The notes: a model not told the origin generated them from the sequence alone. A stretch of 38,655 bases of DNA from an uncultured Legionellales bacterium (GCA_913041115.1 CAJWIE010000003.1:1-38655); one strand, 5' to 3'; positions 24,593 through 35,273 are shown, numbered from the stretch's first letter. Numbers and translations are program-made.

Positions 24593-25906
24593 ATGAGTTT
24601 AAACGGTAATATCAATTTTTGTATCAAACCAAGTCATTCTATCATAGGTAAAACATGCATTCCCGGGGATAAATCAATATCTCATCGCGCTATTATTTTT
24701 GCCGCCATTGCAGAAGGCGAATCAAGGATCAAGAATTTTTTACAGGGAGAGGACACATTAGCGACTATTAGGGTTTTTCAAGAGATGGGAGTAAGTATTA
24801 AAAATAACGGTGATTATGTTTTAGTGCAGGGCGTTGGACTTTATGGCCTGCATGCTAAAAATCCAACGTTAAATTTTGGTAATTCTGGAACATCTGCAAG
24901 ATTACTTGCGGGTTTATTATCAGCTCAGAAATTTAGTTCTCAGTTAATTGGGGATGAATCTCTAATGAAGAGACCAATGATTCGTGTTGTTAACCCATTA
25001 AAAAAAATGAATGCTAAAATTAGTTGCAGCAAACAAGGAACACTTCCAATTAAAATTAAAGGAGGACAAAATATAAAAGGTATGTGTTATGAATTGCCAG
25101 TTTTAAGCGCCCAATTAAAATCTTGTTTGTTGATAGCAGGACTTTATGCAGAAGGAGAAACAGAGATTATAGAAAATACAGCAACTAGAGATCATACTGA
25201 AAGAATGCTTGCTAATTTTTCTCATCCTGTCGCAAAAAAGAATAGCAAAATTTCTATTAAAAAAGCAAAAAGATTAATCGGTTGCGAAATTACTGTACCA
25301 GGAGATTTTTCTTCTGCAGCTTATTTTATTGTAGCAGCAACATTGGCATCAAATTCCAATGTAACACTAGAAAATGTTGGTGTAAATCCAACACGTAATG
25401 CCATGATAAAAATAATGAAGCTAATGGGCGCTGATATAGAGTTGCAAAATGAAAGATTAGAATCTGGGGAGCCAATTGCAACAATAAATATAAAAAGTAG
25501 TGAATTAGTGGGCATTGATATTCCCGAAGAATTAGTTTCAGTTGCAATAGATGAGCTTCCAATTATTTTAGTAGCCGCTGCTTCTGCCAAAGGTACAACG
25601 AGATTATCTGGTGCGGCTGAACTACGCGTTAAGGAAAGTGATAGGATTCAATCAATGCTGGATGGTTTTGTTGTTTTAGGTATAAAAGCAGAAGCTTTAG
25701 ATGACGGTATGATTGTTGAAGGTGGAAAGTTTAATGGTGGTTCAATAAATAGTTATGGCGATCATCGTATTGCAATGGCTTTTTCTATCGCGGGTGTAAT
25801 AGCAAAAAAACCTATAATTATTAATAATTGTAATAATGTAGCAACATCATTTCCGGAATTTGTTGAAACTGGAAAGAATTTAGGCATCAATATAGATTAT
25901 GTCTAA
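24593..25906 (+). CDS. aroA: 3-phosphoshikimate 1-carboxyvinyltransferase (class II EPSPS)
   Basis: PGDKSISHR, GNSGT, SAQLKS, RDHTERML, NPTR, RVKESDRI, DHRIAM. Confidence 0.97.
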   Translation: MSLNGNINFCIKPSHSIIGKTCIPGDKSISHRAIIFAAIAEGESRIKNFLQGEDTLATIRVFQEMGVSIKNNGDYVLVQGVGLYGLHAKNPTLNFGNSGTSARLLAGLLSAQKFSSQLIGDESLMKRPMIRVVNPLKKMNAKISCSKQGTLPIKIKGGQNIKGMCYELPVLSAQLKSCLLIAGLYAEGETEIIENTATRDHTERMLANFSHPVAKKNSKISIKKAKRLIGCEITVPGDFSSAAYFIVAATLASNSNVTLENVGVNPTRNAMIKIMKLMGADIELQNERLESGEPIATINIKSSELVGIDIPEELVSVAIDELPIILVAAASAKGTTRLSGAAELRVKESDRIQSMLDGFVVLGIKAEALDDGMIVEGGKFNGGSINSYGDHRIAMAFSIAGVIAKKPIIINNCNNVATSFPEFVETGKNLGINIDYV

Positions 25907-26612
25907 TGTAACAGTTATTACGATTGATGGGCCGAGTGGCACTGGCAAAGGAACGATTTGTTGTCATTTAGCTTATTTGATGAAATGGAATTTTCTTGAT
26001 AGTGGCGCTTTATATCGTGTTCTTGCAATTGCAGCAAAAAAAAATCAAATTGGAAATGAGGATGAATTAGAATTAATAGAGTTGACAAATAATCTAGATG
26101 TCGAATTTAAGATGCGAAACCCAGAGAGTATGGCTGATGTGCTATTTAATGGGAAAATTGTAACAGATGAGATTCGCACCGAAGTTTGTGGTAAAGCGGC
26201 TTCTGTAATTGCTCCTATTGCCGGAGTTCGTAAAGCATTACTCACAAGACAACGAGCGTTTTGTAAAGAGCCTGGATTAATTGCAGACGGTCGTGATATG
26301 GGGACAGTTGTATTCCCTAATGCAGAATTAAAGATATTTTTAACAGCGAGTATTGACGAAAGAGCTAAAAGACGTTTCAAACAGTTGAAGGAAGGGGGCA
26401 TTAGTGTTAACCTCCGCCGCCTTCATAGGGAAATTGAAGAAAGAGATGAGAGGGATAGCGGACGTAAGTTATCTCCATTAAAACCTGCAGACGATGCGAT
26501 TATTGTTGATACAACTGACATTAATGTTGAGGATGTTATTGGAAAAATTTCGAAGTTAGTTATTGATAAAATTCCTAATTTATCGAAACGGGTGGTTGAT
26601 TATTTGCGATAA
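25899..26612 (+). CDS. cmk: Cytidylate kinase
   Basis: ITIDGPSGTGKGT, LDSGALYR, DGRDMGTVVFP, RD.RD..R..SPL..A.DA; 8-nt overlap with aroA. Confidence 0.97.
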   Translation: MSNVTVITIDGPSGTGKGTICCHLAYLMKWNFLDSGALYRVLAIAAKKNQIGNEDELELIELTNNLDVEFKMRNPESMADVLFNGKIVTDEIRTEVCGKAASVIAPIAGVRKALLTRQRAFCKEPGLIADGRDMGTVVFPNAELKIFLTASIDERAKRRFKQLKEGGISVNLRRLHREIEERDERDSGRKLSPLKPADDAIIVDTTDINVEDVIGKISKLVIDKIPNLSKRVVDYLR

Positions 26613-26686
26613 ATAAACAACTTAAGATTAACTAAACAATCAATAGCCTTGCTAAAATTTCAAGCGGGTTTCAGGAATTACCATTC

Positions 26687-28390
26687 ATGAGCGATAGTTT
26701 TGCCGAAAGCGATAGTTTTGCCGAAAGCGATAGTTTTGCCGAATTATTTGAACAAAGCCAAATAGAAAATAAAATGCGTCCAGGCACAATAATTAGTGCC
26801 AGGGTTTTAGATATAAAAAATGATAACGTCATTGTTAATGCTGGACTTAAGTCTGAAGGAATTATTCCAAAAGAACAATTTTTAGATGATGAAGGCCAAT
26901 TAGAAATAACTATTGGTGATGATGTTGATGTTTCTCTAGATGCAATTGAGGATGGTTATGGTACAACACGCCTCTCGCGAGAAAAAGCGAAACGAAAAAT
27001 TGCCTGGCAGGAGCTCGAGAAGGCACACGAGGATAATCAAACAGTAACTGGGATTATTACTGAAAGAGTAAAAGGGGGTTTTACTGTTGAAATTGGTAAA
27101 GTTCGTGCTTTTTTGCCAGGCTCATTAGTTGATGTAAGACCCGTACGAGATACTTCATTTCTTGAGGGAAAACCTAATGAATTTAAAGTTATAAAAGTCG
27201 ATCAACGTCGCAATAACATTGTTGTATCAAGACGTGCTGTTGTTGAAACTGAAAACACTATTGATGTTGAAGAGGTAATAGAATCATTAAAAGAGGGCGC
27301 CTTAGTTAAAGGAATAGTTAAAAATTTGACTGATTACGGAGCGTTTATTGACTTAGGTGGAATTGACGGGCTACTACATATAACTGACATGGCATGGAAA
27401 CGTGTTAAGAACCCGAGTGAAATAGTTAGTATTGGTGATGAAATAGAAGTTAAAGTACTTAAATTCGACGCTGAAAAAAGACGAGTTTCTCTGGGTCTTA
27501 AACAAATGGGGGATGATCCTTGGTTGAATTTAACAAAACGTTATCCTGAAGGGGCTCGCTTAAATGGGAAAATTACAAGTATTGCTGATTATGGTTGTTT
27601 TGTTGAACTAGAAGAAGGTGTTGAAGGTTTGGTCCACGTTTCCGAGATGGACTGGACAAATAAAAACGTACACCCATCAAAACTTGTACACCTAGGTCAA
27701 GAAGTCGAAGTAATGATACTTGATATTGATCAAGAGAGACGTCGAATTTCATTAGGAATTAAACAATGTGAAGAAAATCCATGGGAGAAATTTGCGTCTA
27801 CACATAGTAAAGGAGATCGTATTGTTGGGCTAATCAAATCTATAACTGACTTCGGTATTTTTATTGGGCTCGATGGTGGCATTGATGGTTTAGTGCATTT
27901 ATCTGATGTTTCATGGGGTGATGACGCAGAAGCATCTATACGTAATTTTAATAAGGGAGGTGAAATTGAAACAGTAGTTCTGGCAGTAGATTCTGAACGA
28001 GAACGAATTTCACTTGGTATAAAACAGTTAGAGAAAGACCATTTTTCAGATTTTGCTACTGAACACCAAAAAGGCACAGTTGTTAAAGGTGTAGTAAAAA
28101 AGGTTGAGCAAGATTATGTTGTCGTAAACCTTGGTGAGGAGGTAGACGGTTTTTTGAAAGCCGCTGAGATTTCATTAGAGGAAGAAGTTGCCGACGCTAG
28201 GACAGTATTAAAAGAAGGCGATAAAATTGAGGTAAAAATTACCGAAGTTGACCGTAAGAAACGCATAATTAATCTCTCGATTAAAGCAAGGGAGTCCGAT
28301 GATGAGCAAACAACTGTAAAGGAATATGCTCCCGAGACAGGGGAAAATTCGAAATTAGGCGATATTTTGAAAGATGAGTTGGAAAAGTAG
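26687..28390 (+). CDS. rpsA: 30S ribosomal protein bS1 (six S1 domains)
   Basis: FAELFE N-terminus, [32 protein letters not shown], repeated R.SLG.KQ; cmk-rpsA-ihfB order. Confidence 0.99.
   Translation: MSDSFAESDSFAESDSFAELFEQSQIENKMRPGTIISARVLDIKNDNVIVNAGLKSEGIIPKEQFLDDEGQLEITIGDDVDVSLDAIEDGYGTTRLSREKAKRKIAWQELEKAHEDNQTVTGIITERVKGGFTVEIGKVRAFLPGSLVDVRPVRDTSFLEGKPNEFKVIKVDQRRNNIVVSRRAVVETENTIDVEEVIESLKEGALVKGIVKNLTDYGAFIDLGGIDGLLHITDMAWKRVKNPSEIVSIGDEIEVKVLKFDAEKRRVSLGLKQMGDDPWLNLTKRYPEGARLNGKITSIADYGCFVELEEGVEGLVHVSEMDWTNKNVHPSKLVHLGQEVEVMILDIDQERRRISLGIKQCEENPWEKFASTHSKGDRIVGLIKSITDFGIFIGLDGGIDGLVHLSDVSWGDDAEASIRNFNKGGEIETVVLAVDSERERISLGIKQLEKDHFSDFATEHQKGTVVKGVVKKVEQDYVVVNLGEEVDGFLKAAEISLEEEVADARTVLKEGDKIEVKITEVDRKKRIINLSIKARESDDEQTTVKEYAPETGENSKLGDILKDELEK
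26690..26743 (+). repeat. Perfect tandem repeat, 3 x 18 bp (AGCGATAGTTTTGCCGAA), in frame at the rpsA 5' end
   Basis: Identical copies at 26690-26707, 26708-26725 and 26726-26743, encoding (SDSFAE)3. Confidence 0.97.
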
Positions 28391-28479
28391 TTAAAATATC
28401 GAAAATAACGGATTGCCTATTATTTTATGAATTGTTATCATTATCAAAATAAATTATTAAATAACAATGGTTTGCAGCA

Positions 28480-28779
28480 ATGACGAAGTCAGAATTAATC
28501 GAAGTGTTATCAAGGAAGCAGTCTCAATTAGCTTATAAAGATATTGAACTAGCTGTAAAGACGGTTCTTGAGTATATGTCATCTTCTCTTTCAAATGGCG
28601 AGCGTATTGAAATACGTGGGTTTGGAAGCTTTTCTTTGCATTTTCGTCCTGCACGTTCTGGGCGTAATCCAAAATCTGGTGAGCCCGTAGCATTACCAGC
28701 TAAATATGTACCTCATTTTAAACCCGGCAAGGAGTTACGTGAACGGGTAAATAATAGATATAACCCAATTACAGACTAA
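28480..28779 (+). CDS. ihfB: Integration host factor beta subunit
   Basis: [46 protein letters not shown]. Confidence 0.98.
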   Translation: MTKSELIEVLSRKQSQLAYKDIELAVKTVLEYMSSSLSNGERIEIRGFGSFSLHFRPARSGRNPKSGEPVALPAKYVPHFKPGKELRERVNNRYNPITD

Positions 28780-28834
28780 AAGCATTCTAACGCATTGTTT
28801 GTTTTTTTCTAGCATATCTTCATAACAAAAATAC

Positions 28835-28863
28835 TTGTCAGCTTTAGATAGACTATCTATCTT
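28835..28863 (+). promoter_or_regulatory. Candidate sigma70 promoter for lapA-lapB-pyrF with an internal palindrome
   Basis: TTGTCA (28835-28840), N17, TATCTT (28858-28863); TAGATAG-A-CTATCTA at 28845-28859. Confidence 0.5.
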
Positions 28864-28913
28864 AGGCACTAATTTTCTTTTTATTAATTAGGAGTGTAAA
28901 TTTCGAGGTTGTT

Positions 28914-29201
28914 ATGACATTCATACCAAAGTTAATATTTATTATTGTTATGTTGCTATTCGGACTAGCTTTCCATGTAAAAAATCACCAATTAGTTACA
29001 CTGAATTATTACGTAGGTGAGATTCAGTTGTCTTTTTCTATAATAATTGTTTTGGCGATATGTATTGGTGTATTACTTGGGATTTTAGCAAGTATTCCTA
29101 TAATAATAAGAAATAAGCAGCTTAATAGCAGGCTTGAGAAAGAAATAAAACATAGAGAGAAAGAGATAAATAATTTTCGCATAACGTCAACAAAGGATTA
29201 G
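28914..29201 (+). CDS. lapA: Lipopolysaccharide assembly protein A
   Basis: Two TM segments flanking N.Q.V.LNY, basic coiled-coil tail; ihfB-lapA-lapB-pyrF synteny. Confidence 0.88.
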   Translation: MTFIPKLIFIIVMLLFGLAFHVKNHQLVTLNYYVGEIQLSFSIIIVLAICIGVLLGILASIPIIIRNKQLNSRLEKEIKHREKEINNFRITSTKD

Positions 29202-29207
29202 TTCTAG

Positions 29208-30377
29208 ATGCAATTCGAATTAAATATGTTTTGGTTATTACTACCAGTTGCTGCATTATCTGGTTGGTGGATAGGAAGGTCAAACCAAGGACAAAAATTA
29301 CCTCTAAAAAATATACATCCTGAGTATTTTAAGGGGCTAAATTTTGTTTTAAATGAGCAGCCAGATAAGGCGATCGAAGTATTTATTCGTATGACCGAAG
29401 TTGATAGTGAAACCGTAGAAACACATCTTGCTCTTGGAAATTTATTTCGTAGACGCGGAGAAGTAGATCGCGCAATACGTATTCATCAAAATTTAATTGC
29501 CAGGCCAACACTAAATCAGGAACAACGAGCTCATGCTTTACTTGAGCTCGGCATGGATTACATGCGATCTGGTTTATTAGATAGAGCTGAAAAATTATTT
29601 TTGGAACTAGTAAATTTTGATTTATATTTAAATGAAGCCTATTCTCATTTGTTAGAGATATATCAACAAGAGAAAGATTGGGAAAATGCGATTGCTGTGG
29701 CAAAAAAAAGTGAAATTATTTCCGGGGAAAATTTTAGTCCGATTATTGCTCAGTTCTATTGCGAAATTGCTGAAAATTATTTGAATACTGGGAAGGTAAG
29801 TAAAGCAAAAGAGAAAGTGCATGATGCAATATCTTTTAATTCAAAATGTGTCAGGGCTAGCATTATTGAGGCTAGAATATTTCAGCTAACAGGAAAACTT
29901 GATCACGCTATTAAATCTTATAAACGATTAGAATTACAGGATAGCACTTACATAACAGAGGTTATATTACCGTTATACGATTGCTATAAAGAAAAAGGCA
30001 GTATAAATGAATTTATCAAATACCTAAGAGAGCTTGTAAAGAAGTATGGAAATATAAATACACTATTAATTTTGACTGAATTAATTGCCGAATATGAAAG
30101 TGAGGATGTGGCAATTAATTTTGTATTTCAAGAACTGAAAAATAGACCAACAGTTCAAGGTGTTGATAAATTAGTCGAATATACACTAAATAAATCTAAA
30201 GGCGCAACCTATGAATATCTTAGTGCTATAAAACAACTTACTACTAAACTAATTGAAAAAAAACCAACTTATAAGTGCAACAATTGTGGTTTTGATGCAA
30301 AAATGTTGCATTGGCAATGTCCAGGTTGTAAACATTGGGAATCTATTCAACCTATATTTGGAGTAGCTGGTGAATAA
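29208..30377 (+). CDS. lapB: Lipopolysaccharide assembly protein B (TPR + rubredoxin)
   Basis: LLLPVAA.SGW, YFKGLNF.L.EQPDKA, HLALGNLFRRRGEVDRAIRIHQNL, C-terminal CNNCGF…WQCPGC. Confidence 0.97.
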   Translation: MQFELNMFWLLLPVAALSGWWIGRSNQGQKLPLKNIHPEYFKGLNFVLNEQPDKAIEVFIRMTEVDSETVETHLALGNLFRRRGEVDRAIRIHQNLIARPTLNQEQRAHALLELGMDYMRSGLLDRAEKLFLELVNFDLYLNEAYSHLLEIYQQEKDWENAIAVAKKSEIISGENFSPIIAQFYCEIAENYLNTGKVSKAKEKVHDAISFNSKCVRASIIEARIFQLTGKLDHAIKSYKRLELQDSTYITEVILPLYDCYKEKGSINEFIKYLRELVKKYGNINTLLILTELIAEYESEDVAINFVFQELKNRPTVQGVDKLVEYTLNKSKGATYEYLSAIKQLTTKLIEKKPTYKCNNCGFDAKMLHWQCPGCKHWESIQPIFGVAGE

Positions 30378-31080
30378 AAGCCGAGTAATAGTATCATTAG
30401 ATTTTTCAGAAGCTAATCAAGCACTTGATTTTTGTAAAACAATAGATCCTGTAAGTTGTAAAATTAAAGTAGGAAAGGAACTTTTTACTAAAGCTGGCCC
30501 TACACTACTTGAGAAGTTAAGATTTTTAGATTTCGAAATATTTTTAGATCTAAAATATCACGATATTCCAAATACTGTCGCTAACGCTTGTCGAGTGGCT
30601 GTTGATTTGGATATATGGATGTTAAATGTTCATGCTGCCGGCGGACGTAAAATGATGGAAGCTGCATATGAATCACTGGTAAAATCAGGAAGCTCAAAAA
30701 ATCGACCATTACTTGTAGCTGTTACAGTATTAACAAGCATGTCTTCAGATGATTTGTTGGAATTAGGTATAACTAATTCTATCGGAGATCAAGTTTTATT
30801 ATTATCAAAATTGGCGAAATCTGCAGGACTAGATGGTGTTGTTTGTTCTGGCATGGAAGTAGGTAAATTAAGGCATGAATTAGGAAAAGATTTTTGTCTA
30901 GTTACCCCAGGAATTCGATTGGATGATTTAAATAATGATGATCAAGAGCGTATAATGACGCCATACGATGCAATTAAAGCCGGAAGTAATTATCTTGTTA
31001 TTGGTCGACCAATAACACGTGCATCGGATCCAGTTGATATTATAAATATAATTAATAAAAGTATAAATTTACTAGATTAG
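30370..31080 (+). CDS. pyrF: Orotidine-5'-phosphate decarboxylase
   Basis: VSLD, KVGKELF, FLDLKYHDIPNTV, VTVLTS, VTPGIR, DQ.R, LVIGRPIT. Confidence 0.98.
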   Translation: MNKSRVIVSLDFSEANQALDFCKTIDPVSCKIKVGKELFTKAGPTLLEKLRFLDFEIFLDLKYHDIPNTVANACRVAVDLDIWMLNVHAAGGRKMMEAAYESLVKSGSSKNRPLLVAVTVLTSMSSDDLLELGITNSIGDQVLLLSKLAKSAGLDGVVCSGMEVGKLRHELGKDFCLVTPGIRLDDLNNDDQERIMTPYDAIKAGSNYLVIGRPITRASDPVDIINIINKSINLLD

Positions 31081-31090
31081 TTTTATCATC

Positions 31091-34000
31091 GTGTCCGCAT
31101 TAATCAGGCAGAGTATTTTGGCTCCAAAATTACCAGTGCAAGGCCAAGCAAAAATGCATTGGTCTAGACTATATGGTAGCGCAAAATCTTTAACAATCGC
31201 CAATATGGCAACTGAAATAGACAACCCCGTTGTAGTTATTACTAAGGATGTTCTAGCCGCTGTTAATTTGGTTAATGAATTACAACATTTTGTAAAAGAG
31301 CCAGAGGAAACACTGATTAAATATTTCCCTGACTGGGAGACTTTACCGTACGATATTTTTTCACCCTATCAAGATATTTTGTCTGAACGTTTAAGAACTT
31401 TATTTGAGTTAACTAATTTTTCAAATGGTATCGTGGTAGTACCAATTACCACCTTAATGCATCGCTTACTCCCCATAGACCATCTTTTAGCAAATGCTTT
31501 TTCACTAGATTTAGGACAAAAAATTAGCTTAGAAGATTTTAAAAATAAACTATCGAGACAAGGTTATAATTTTGTTAGTCACGTTACAGAACATGGTGAA
31601 ATTTGTGTAAGAGGTTCTTTAATCGATATTTATCCTATGGGCAAAAACAAACCCTTTAGAATAGATTTATTTGACAATGAAATTGATAGTATTCGTTTAT
31701 TTGATCCCGAAACCCAACGTTCAATTAGAAAAGTTGATTCACTTCGTATATTACCAGCGAGGGAAATTTCATTATCTAATGAAAACATTGCCCGGTTTCG
31801 CAAAAATTGGCGTTTGTTTTTTCAAGGCAATCCTAATCAACACCCAATTTATCGAGATGTAAGTCAGTCAATTGCCCCTGCGGGGATCGAATATTATTTG
31901 CCTTTATTTTATAAAGAAACTAGTACTTTTTTTGATTATATTAATGATGATGCAGTTTTAATATTTGATGAGGAAGTTTTCAAATCTGCAGAATTATTTA
32001 TGGAAGATATTATTTCAAGATATCAACAGGAATCACAGAATAACGAAAGACTAATTTTGTCACCAGATAAAGTTTTTTTAGATATAGATGATTTAAATAA
32101 TATTTCAAAAGAATTTACCCAAATTCATATAAGTAACTTAAAAATGAATTCCGATATAGACTTTATTGAGTATGATTCAAGTATGCCTATTAGTATTCCA
32201 ATAGATGCGCGATCAAAAAATCCTATTAAATTATTTAATCGTTTTTTAAATGAATTTAAAGGCCGTGTTCTAATTGCTGCGGAGACAAAGGGAAGGCTTG
32301 AAATTATTACTGAATTATTTAAAGGGGGAGAGAAACCATCAATAATTAAAGACTGGAATAGTTTTTTAGAGGGAGAGATTCAATTTGGTATAACGGTTAT
32401 GCCAATTGAAAATGGTTTGATTATCAATAAATCAAATATTGCTGTTGTAACTGAGGCGCAATTATTTGGTGAACGAGTAATGCAAAGACGTTTGCATAAA
32501 CGCCAAAAAATAGATACTGATACCATAGTTCGTAATTTGACTGAATTGAGAATAGGCTCACCGGTTGTACATGAAGAGCATGGTGTCGGTCGTTATTGTG
32601 GTTTGATTAATATTGAAATAGGAGAAATTCTGGGCGAATTTATTCATCTTGAGTATGCTGATAATGATAAATTATATGTTCCAGTTTCAGCACTTGATTT
32701 GATATCCCGATATACGGGGGTTGATCCCGAAAATGCCCCACTTCATAGATTAGGAAGCGGTCAGTGGCAAAAAGCAAAACGAAAGGCTGCTGAAAAAGTT
32801 TATGACGTTGCTGTCGAATTATTAGAATTACATGCTCTTCGTGCGGCAAAAAATAGAGAACCATATACTTTTAATCAAGATGAATATTATTCTTTTATAC
32901 AGAGTTTTCCATTCGAGGAAACTCTCGGACAACAAGAAACAATTAATTCAATGATTGATGATCTACTTGGCGATCAACCTATGGATAGACTTGTTTGTGG
33001 TGACGCTGGTTTTGGTAAGACTGAGGTTGCAATGCGAGCAGCTTTCATTGCGGTTCAGAATGGAAAGCAAGTTGGATTATTAGTCCCTACAACTCTTTTA
33101 GCGCAACAACATTATCAGAATTTTATTGATCGTTTCACTGATTGGCCAGTACAGATCGAATTATTATCCCGATTTCGAACAAAAAAAGAACAAGAATTTG
33201 TCTTATCAGCGATGAAAAACGGAACAGCTGATATTGTAATAGGAACACATAAGTTATTGCAGGACGATATAGTTTTTAAAAATCTTGGCTTAATTATTAT
33301 AGATGAAGAACACAGATATGGAGTACGTCAAAAAGAGAAATTTAAATCACTGCGTTCCGAAATTGACGTTTTGACGCTAACAGCAACACCAATACCTAGA
33401 ACATTAAATATGGCTCTTTCCGATTTACGAGAACTTTCTGTTATTACAACGCCACCGTCACGACGACTTGCTGTTAAAACATTTGTAAGCGAAAAGAATG
33501 ATCATTTACTAAAAGAGGCGATGTTGCGCGAAATAAAACGTGGCGGCCAAGTTTTTTATTTACACAATAATATTAAAACAATTAATGAAACTGCAAAAAA
33601 AATAAGCAGATTTTTCCCTGAAGTTCGTGTGCAATGTGCCCATGGAAAAATGCCAGAGAAACAACTTGAATCGGTTATGTTAGATTTTTATCATCGTCGT
33701 TTTAACGTATTAGTTTGTACAACCATTATTGAAACAGGAATTGATATCCCAACTGCAAATACTATTATAATTGATCGTGCAGACAAATTTGGTCTTGCAC
33801 AGCTTTATCAACTGAGAGGCAGAGTGGGACGTTCTCACCACCGTGCTTATGCGTACTTAATAGTGCCAGAGCAAAAGGCAATGACAGCGGATGCGGTAAA
33901 AAGACTTAAGGCAATTGAAGCATTAGAAGAACTAGGTATCGGATTTACACTCGCAACACATGATCTTGAAATAAGAGGTGCAGGAGAAATTCTTGGCGAG

Positions 34001-34564
34001 GGCCAAAGCGGGCATATTCAAGAGATTGGTTTTAGTTTATATATGCAATTACTTGATAGGGCAGTGCAATCTATGAAAGATAATAATATTATAGATTTGG
34101 ATATACCTATTAATAAAAAGACTGAAATAGATTTGCATGTTCCAGCATTAATACCAGAGATTTTTTTGCCAGACGTACATATGCGTTTAATTATGTATAA
34201 GCGTATAGCGAGCGTGAACTGCAAATCTGAATTGGATGATATAAAGGAAGAAATGGTTGACCGCTTTGGTGTTCTACCTGAACCAGTCCATAATTTATTC
34301 AACATTACAAAATTAAAACAAAAGGCATGTTTATTGGGCATTAGAAAGATTGATCTCGGGAAAAAAGGAGGCCGCATTTTTTTTAGGGAAGATTCAAATA
34401 TTAATGTGACCCGTATTTTAGAATTTATAGAATCAGACCCAGAAAATTATAAACTTGATGGTCAAGATAAACTCAGAATTATCAAAGAATTAACTGAAAA
34501 AGAGTCTAGAATAGAATTTTTGGAATATTTTCTTGATGAAATATTGTTAAAAGAGGCGGCATAA
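31091..34564 (+). CDS. mfd: Transcription-repair coupling factor
   Basis: FPDWETLPYD, VVHEEHGVGRY, MDRLVCGD.GFGKTEVA, DEEHR, TATPIPRTL, QLRGRVGR, DLEIRGAG. Confidence 0.99.
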   Translation: MSALIRQSILAPKLPVQGQAKMHWSRLYGSAKSLTIANMATEIDNPVVVITKDVLAAVNLVNELQHFVKEPEETLIKYFPDWETLPYDIFSPYQDILSERLRTLFELTNFSNGIVVVPITTLMHRLLPIDHLLANAFSLDLGQKISLEDFKNKLSRQGYNFVSHVTEHGEICVRGSLIDIYPMGKNKPFRIDLFDNEIDSIRLFDPETQRSIRKVDSLRILPAREISLSNENIARFRKNWRLFFQGNPNQHPIYRDVSQSIAPAGIEYYLPLFYKETSTFFDYINDDAVLIFDEEVFKSAELFMEDIISRYQQESQNNERLILSPDKVFLDIDDLNNISKEFTQIHISNLKMNSDIDFIEYDSSMPISIPIDARSKNPIKLFNRFLNEFKGRVLIAAETKGRLEIITELFKGGEKPSIIKDWNSFLEGEIQFGITVMPIENGLIINKSNIAVVTEAQLFGERVMQRRLHKRQKIDTDTIVRNLTELRIGSPVVHEEHGVGRYCGLINIEIGEILGEFIHLEYADNDKLYVPVSALDLISRYTGVDPENAPLHRLGSGQWQKAKRKAAEKVYDVAVELLELHALRAAKNREPYTFNQDEYYSFIQSFPFEETLGQQETINSMIDDLLGDQPMDRLVCGDAGFGKTEVAMRAAFIAVQNGKQVGLLVPTTLLAQQHYQNFIDRFTDWPVQIELLSRFRTKKEQEFVLSAMKNGTADIVIGTHKLLQDDIVFKNLGLIIIDEEHRYGVRQKEKFKSLRSEIDVLTLTATPIPRTLNMALSDLRELSVITTPPSRRLAVKTFVSEKNDHLLKEAMLREIKRGGQVFYLHNNIKTINETAKKISRFFPEVRVQCAHGKMPEKQLESVMLDFYHRRFNVLVCTTIIETGIDIPTANTIIIDRADKFGLAQLYQLRGRVGRSHHRAYAYLIVPEQKAMTADAVKRLKAIEALEELGIGFTLATHDLEIRGAGEILGEGQSGHIQEIGFSLYMQLLDRAVQSMKDNNIIDLDIPINKKTEIDLHVPALIPEIFLPDVHMRLIMYKRIASVNCKSELDDIKEEMVDRFGVLPEPVHNLFNITKLKQKACLLGIRKIDLGKKGGRIFFREDSNINVTRILEFIESDPENYKLDGQDKLRIIKELTEKESRIEFLEYFLDEILLKEAA

Positions 34565-34571
34565 TATAAAT

Positions 34572-35273
34572 ATGAAGAAAATTAAATACGCTTTTGTAGT
34601 ATTATTTTTTCTTAAATCGCTTACTGCTTTTGCTGAGTCATGGTACCAAGTGGAAGTTATTATTTTTGATAGAATTAATCCAGATCTTAGCGAGGAAAGA
34701 TGGGGTGACGAAGAGCCTGTAATTCGCCCTGATATGACTGAGTTATACCCTAACTATAAAATGAATACAGATCAAAGATTGATTCCTTATATGATTATGG
34801 GTAAAAAAAATAATCGTATGGATGGTGTTTATCGAGTTTTAAAATTATCAAGTGAGTATAGACCTCTAACCCATTTATCATGGCAACAACCTGCTACAAA
34901 ACGTCGTCAATCTCGACATGTCCATATTGTGGAAAACGAAAGAAAAAAAGAATTATCAGAGAGAAGTGAGCAAGAATCAATTATCGAGCCTGAATTTATA
35001 GAGGATTTTATGAAAAACAAAAAGATAATTGATGGTTCAATTAGAATAAGAAGTAACTTTTACTTACATGTTGATCTTGATCTTTATTATTTTAAAAATT
35101 TACCTAGTGATAATTTAACATATGAGAAGGAAGATGAATTTTCTAACAAAAATCTTGCAAAGTTAATTGTTAGACTTAAAGAATCTAGGAAAATTAAATT
35201 AAATGAAATACATTATTTTGATAATCCAATGTACGGTGTAATTCTGCAAGTTAGTCGTTTGGAAGAATCTTAA
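34572..35273 (+). CDS. csiV: CsiV-family periplasmic peptidoglycan-binding protein
   Basis: Signal peptide ending AFA, WYQVEVIIF, H.SWQQP, DG.IR…YLHVDLDL, L.ESRK…EIHYFDNP.YGV; follows mfd. Confidence 0.82.
   Translation: MKKIKYAFVVLFFLKSLTAFAESWYQVEVIIFDRINPDLSEERWGDEEPVIRPDMTELYPNYKMNTDQRLIPYMIMGKKNNRMDGVYRVLKLSSEYRPLTHLSWQQPATKRRQSRHVHIVENERKKELSERSEQESIIEPEFIEDFMKNKKIIDGSIRIRSNFYLHVDLDLYYFKNLPSDNLTYEKEDEFSNKNLAKLIVRLKESRKIKLNEIHYFDNPMYGVILQVSRLEES

Noticed and set aside
24593-25906. Class II EPSPS signatures (GDKS, SAQxK, RxHxE, NxTR) as acquired glyphosate tolerance
   Set aside because: It is the native aroA in its canonical supraoperon position, and class II enzymes are common in this group.
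26690-26743. Tandem repeat as a CRISPR array
   Set aside because: Units are contiguous with no spacers, are 18 bp, lie in frame within rpsA, and there are no cas genes.
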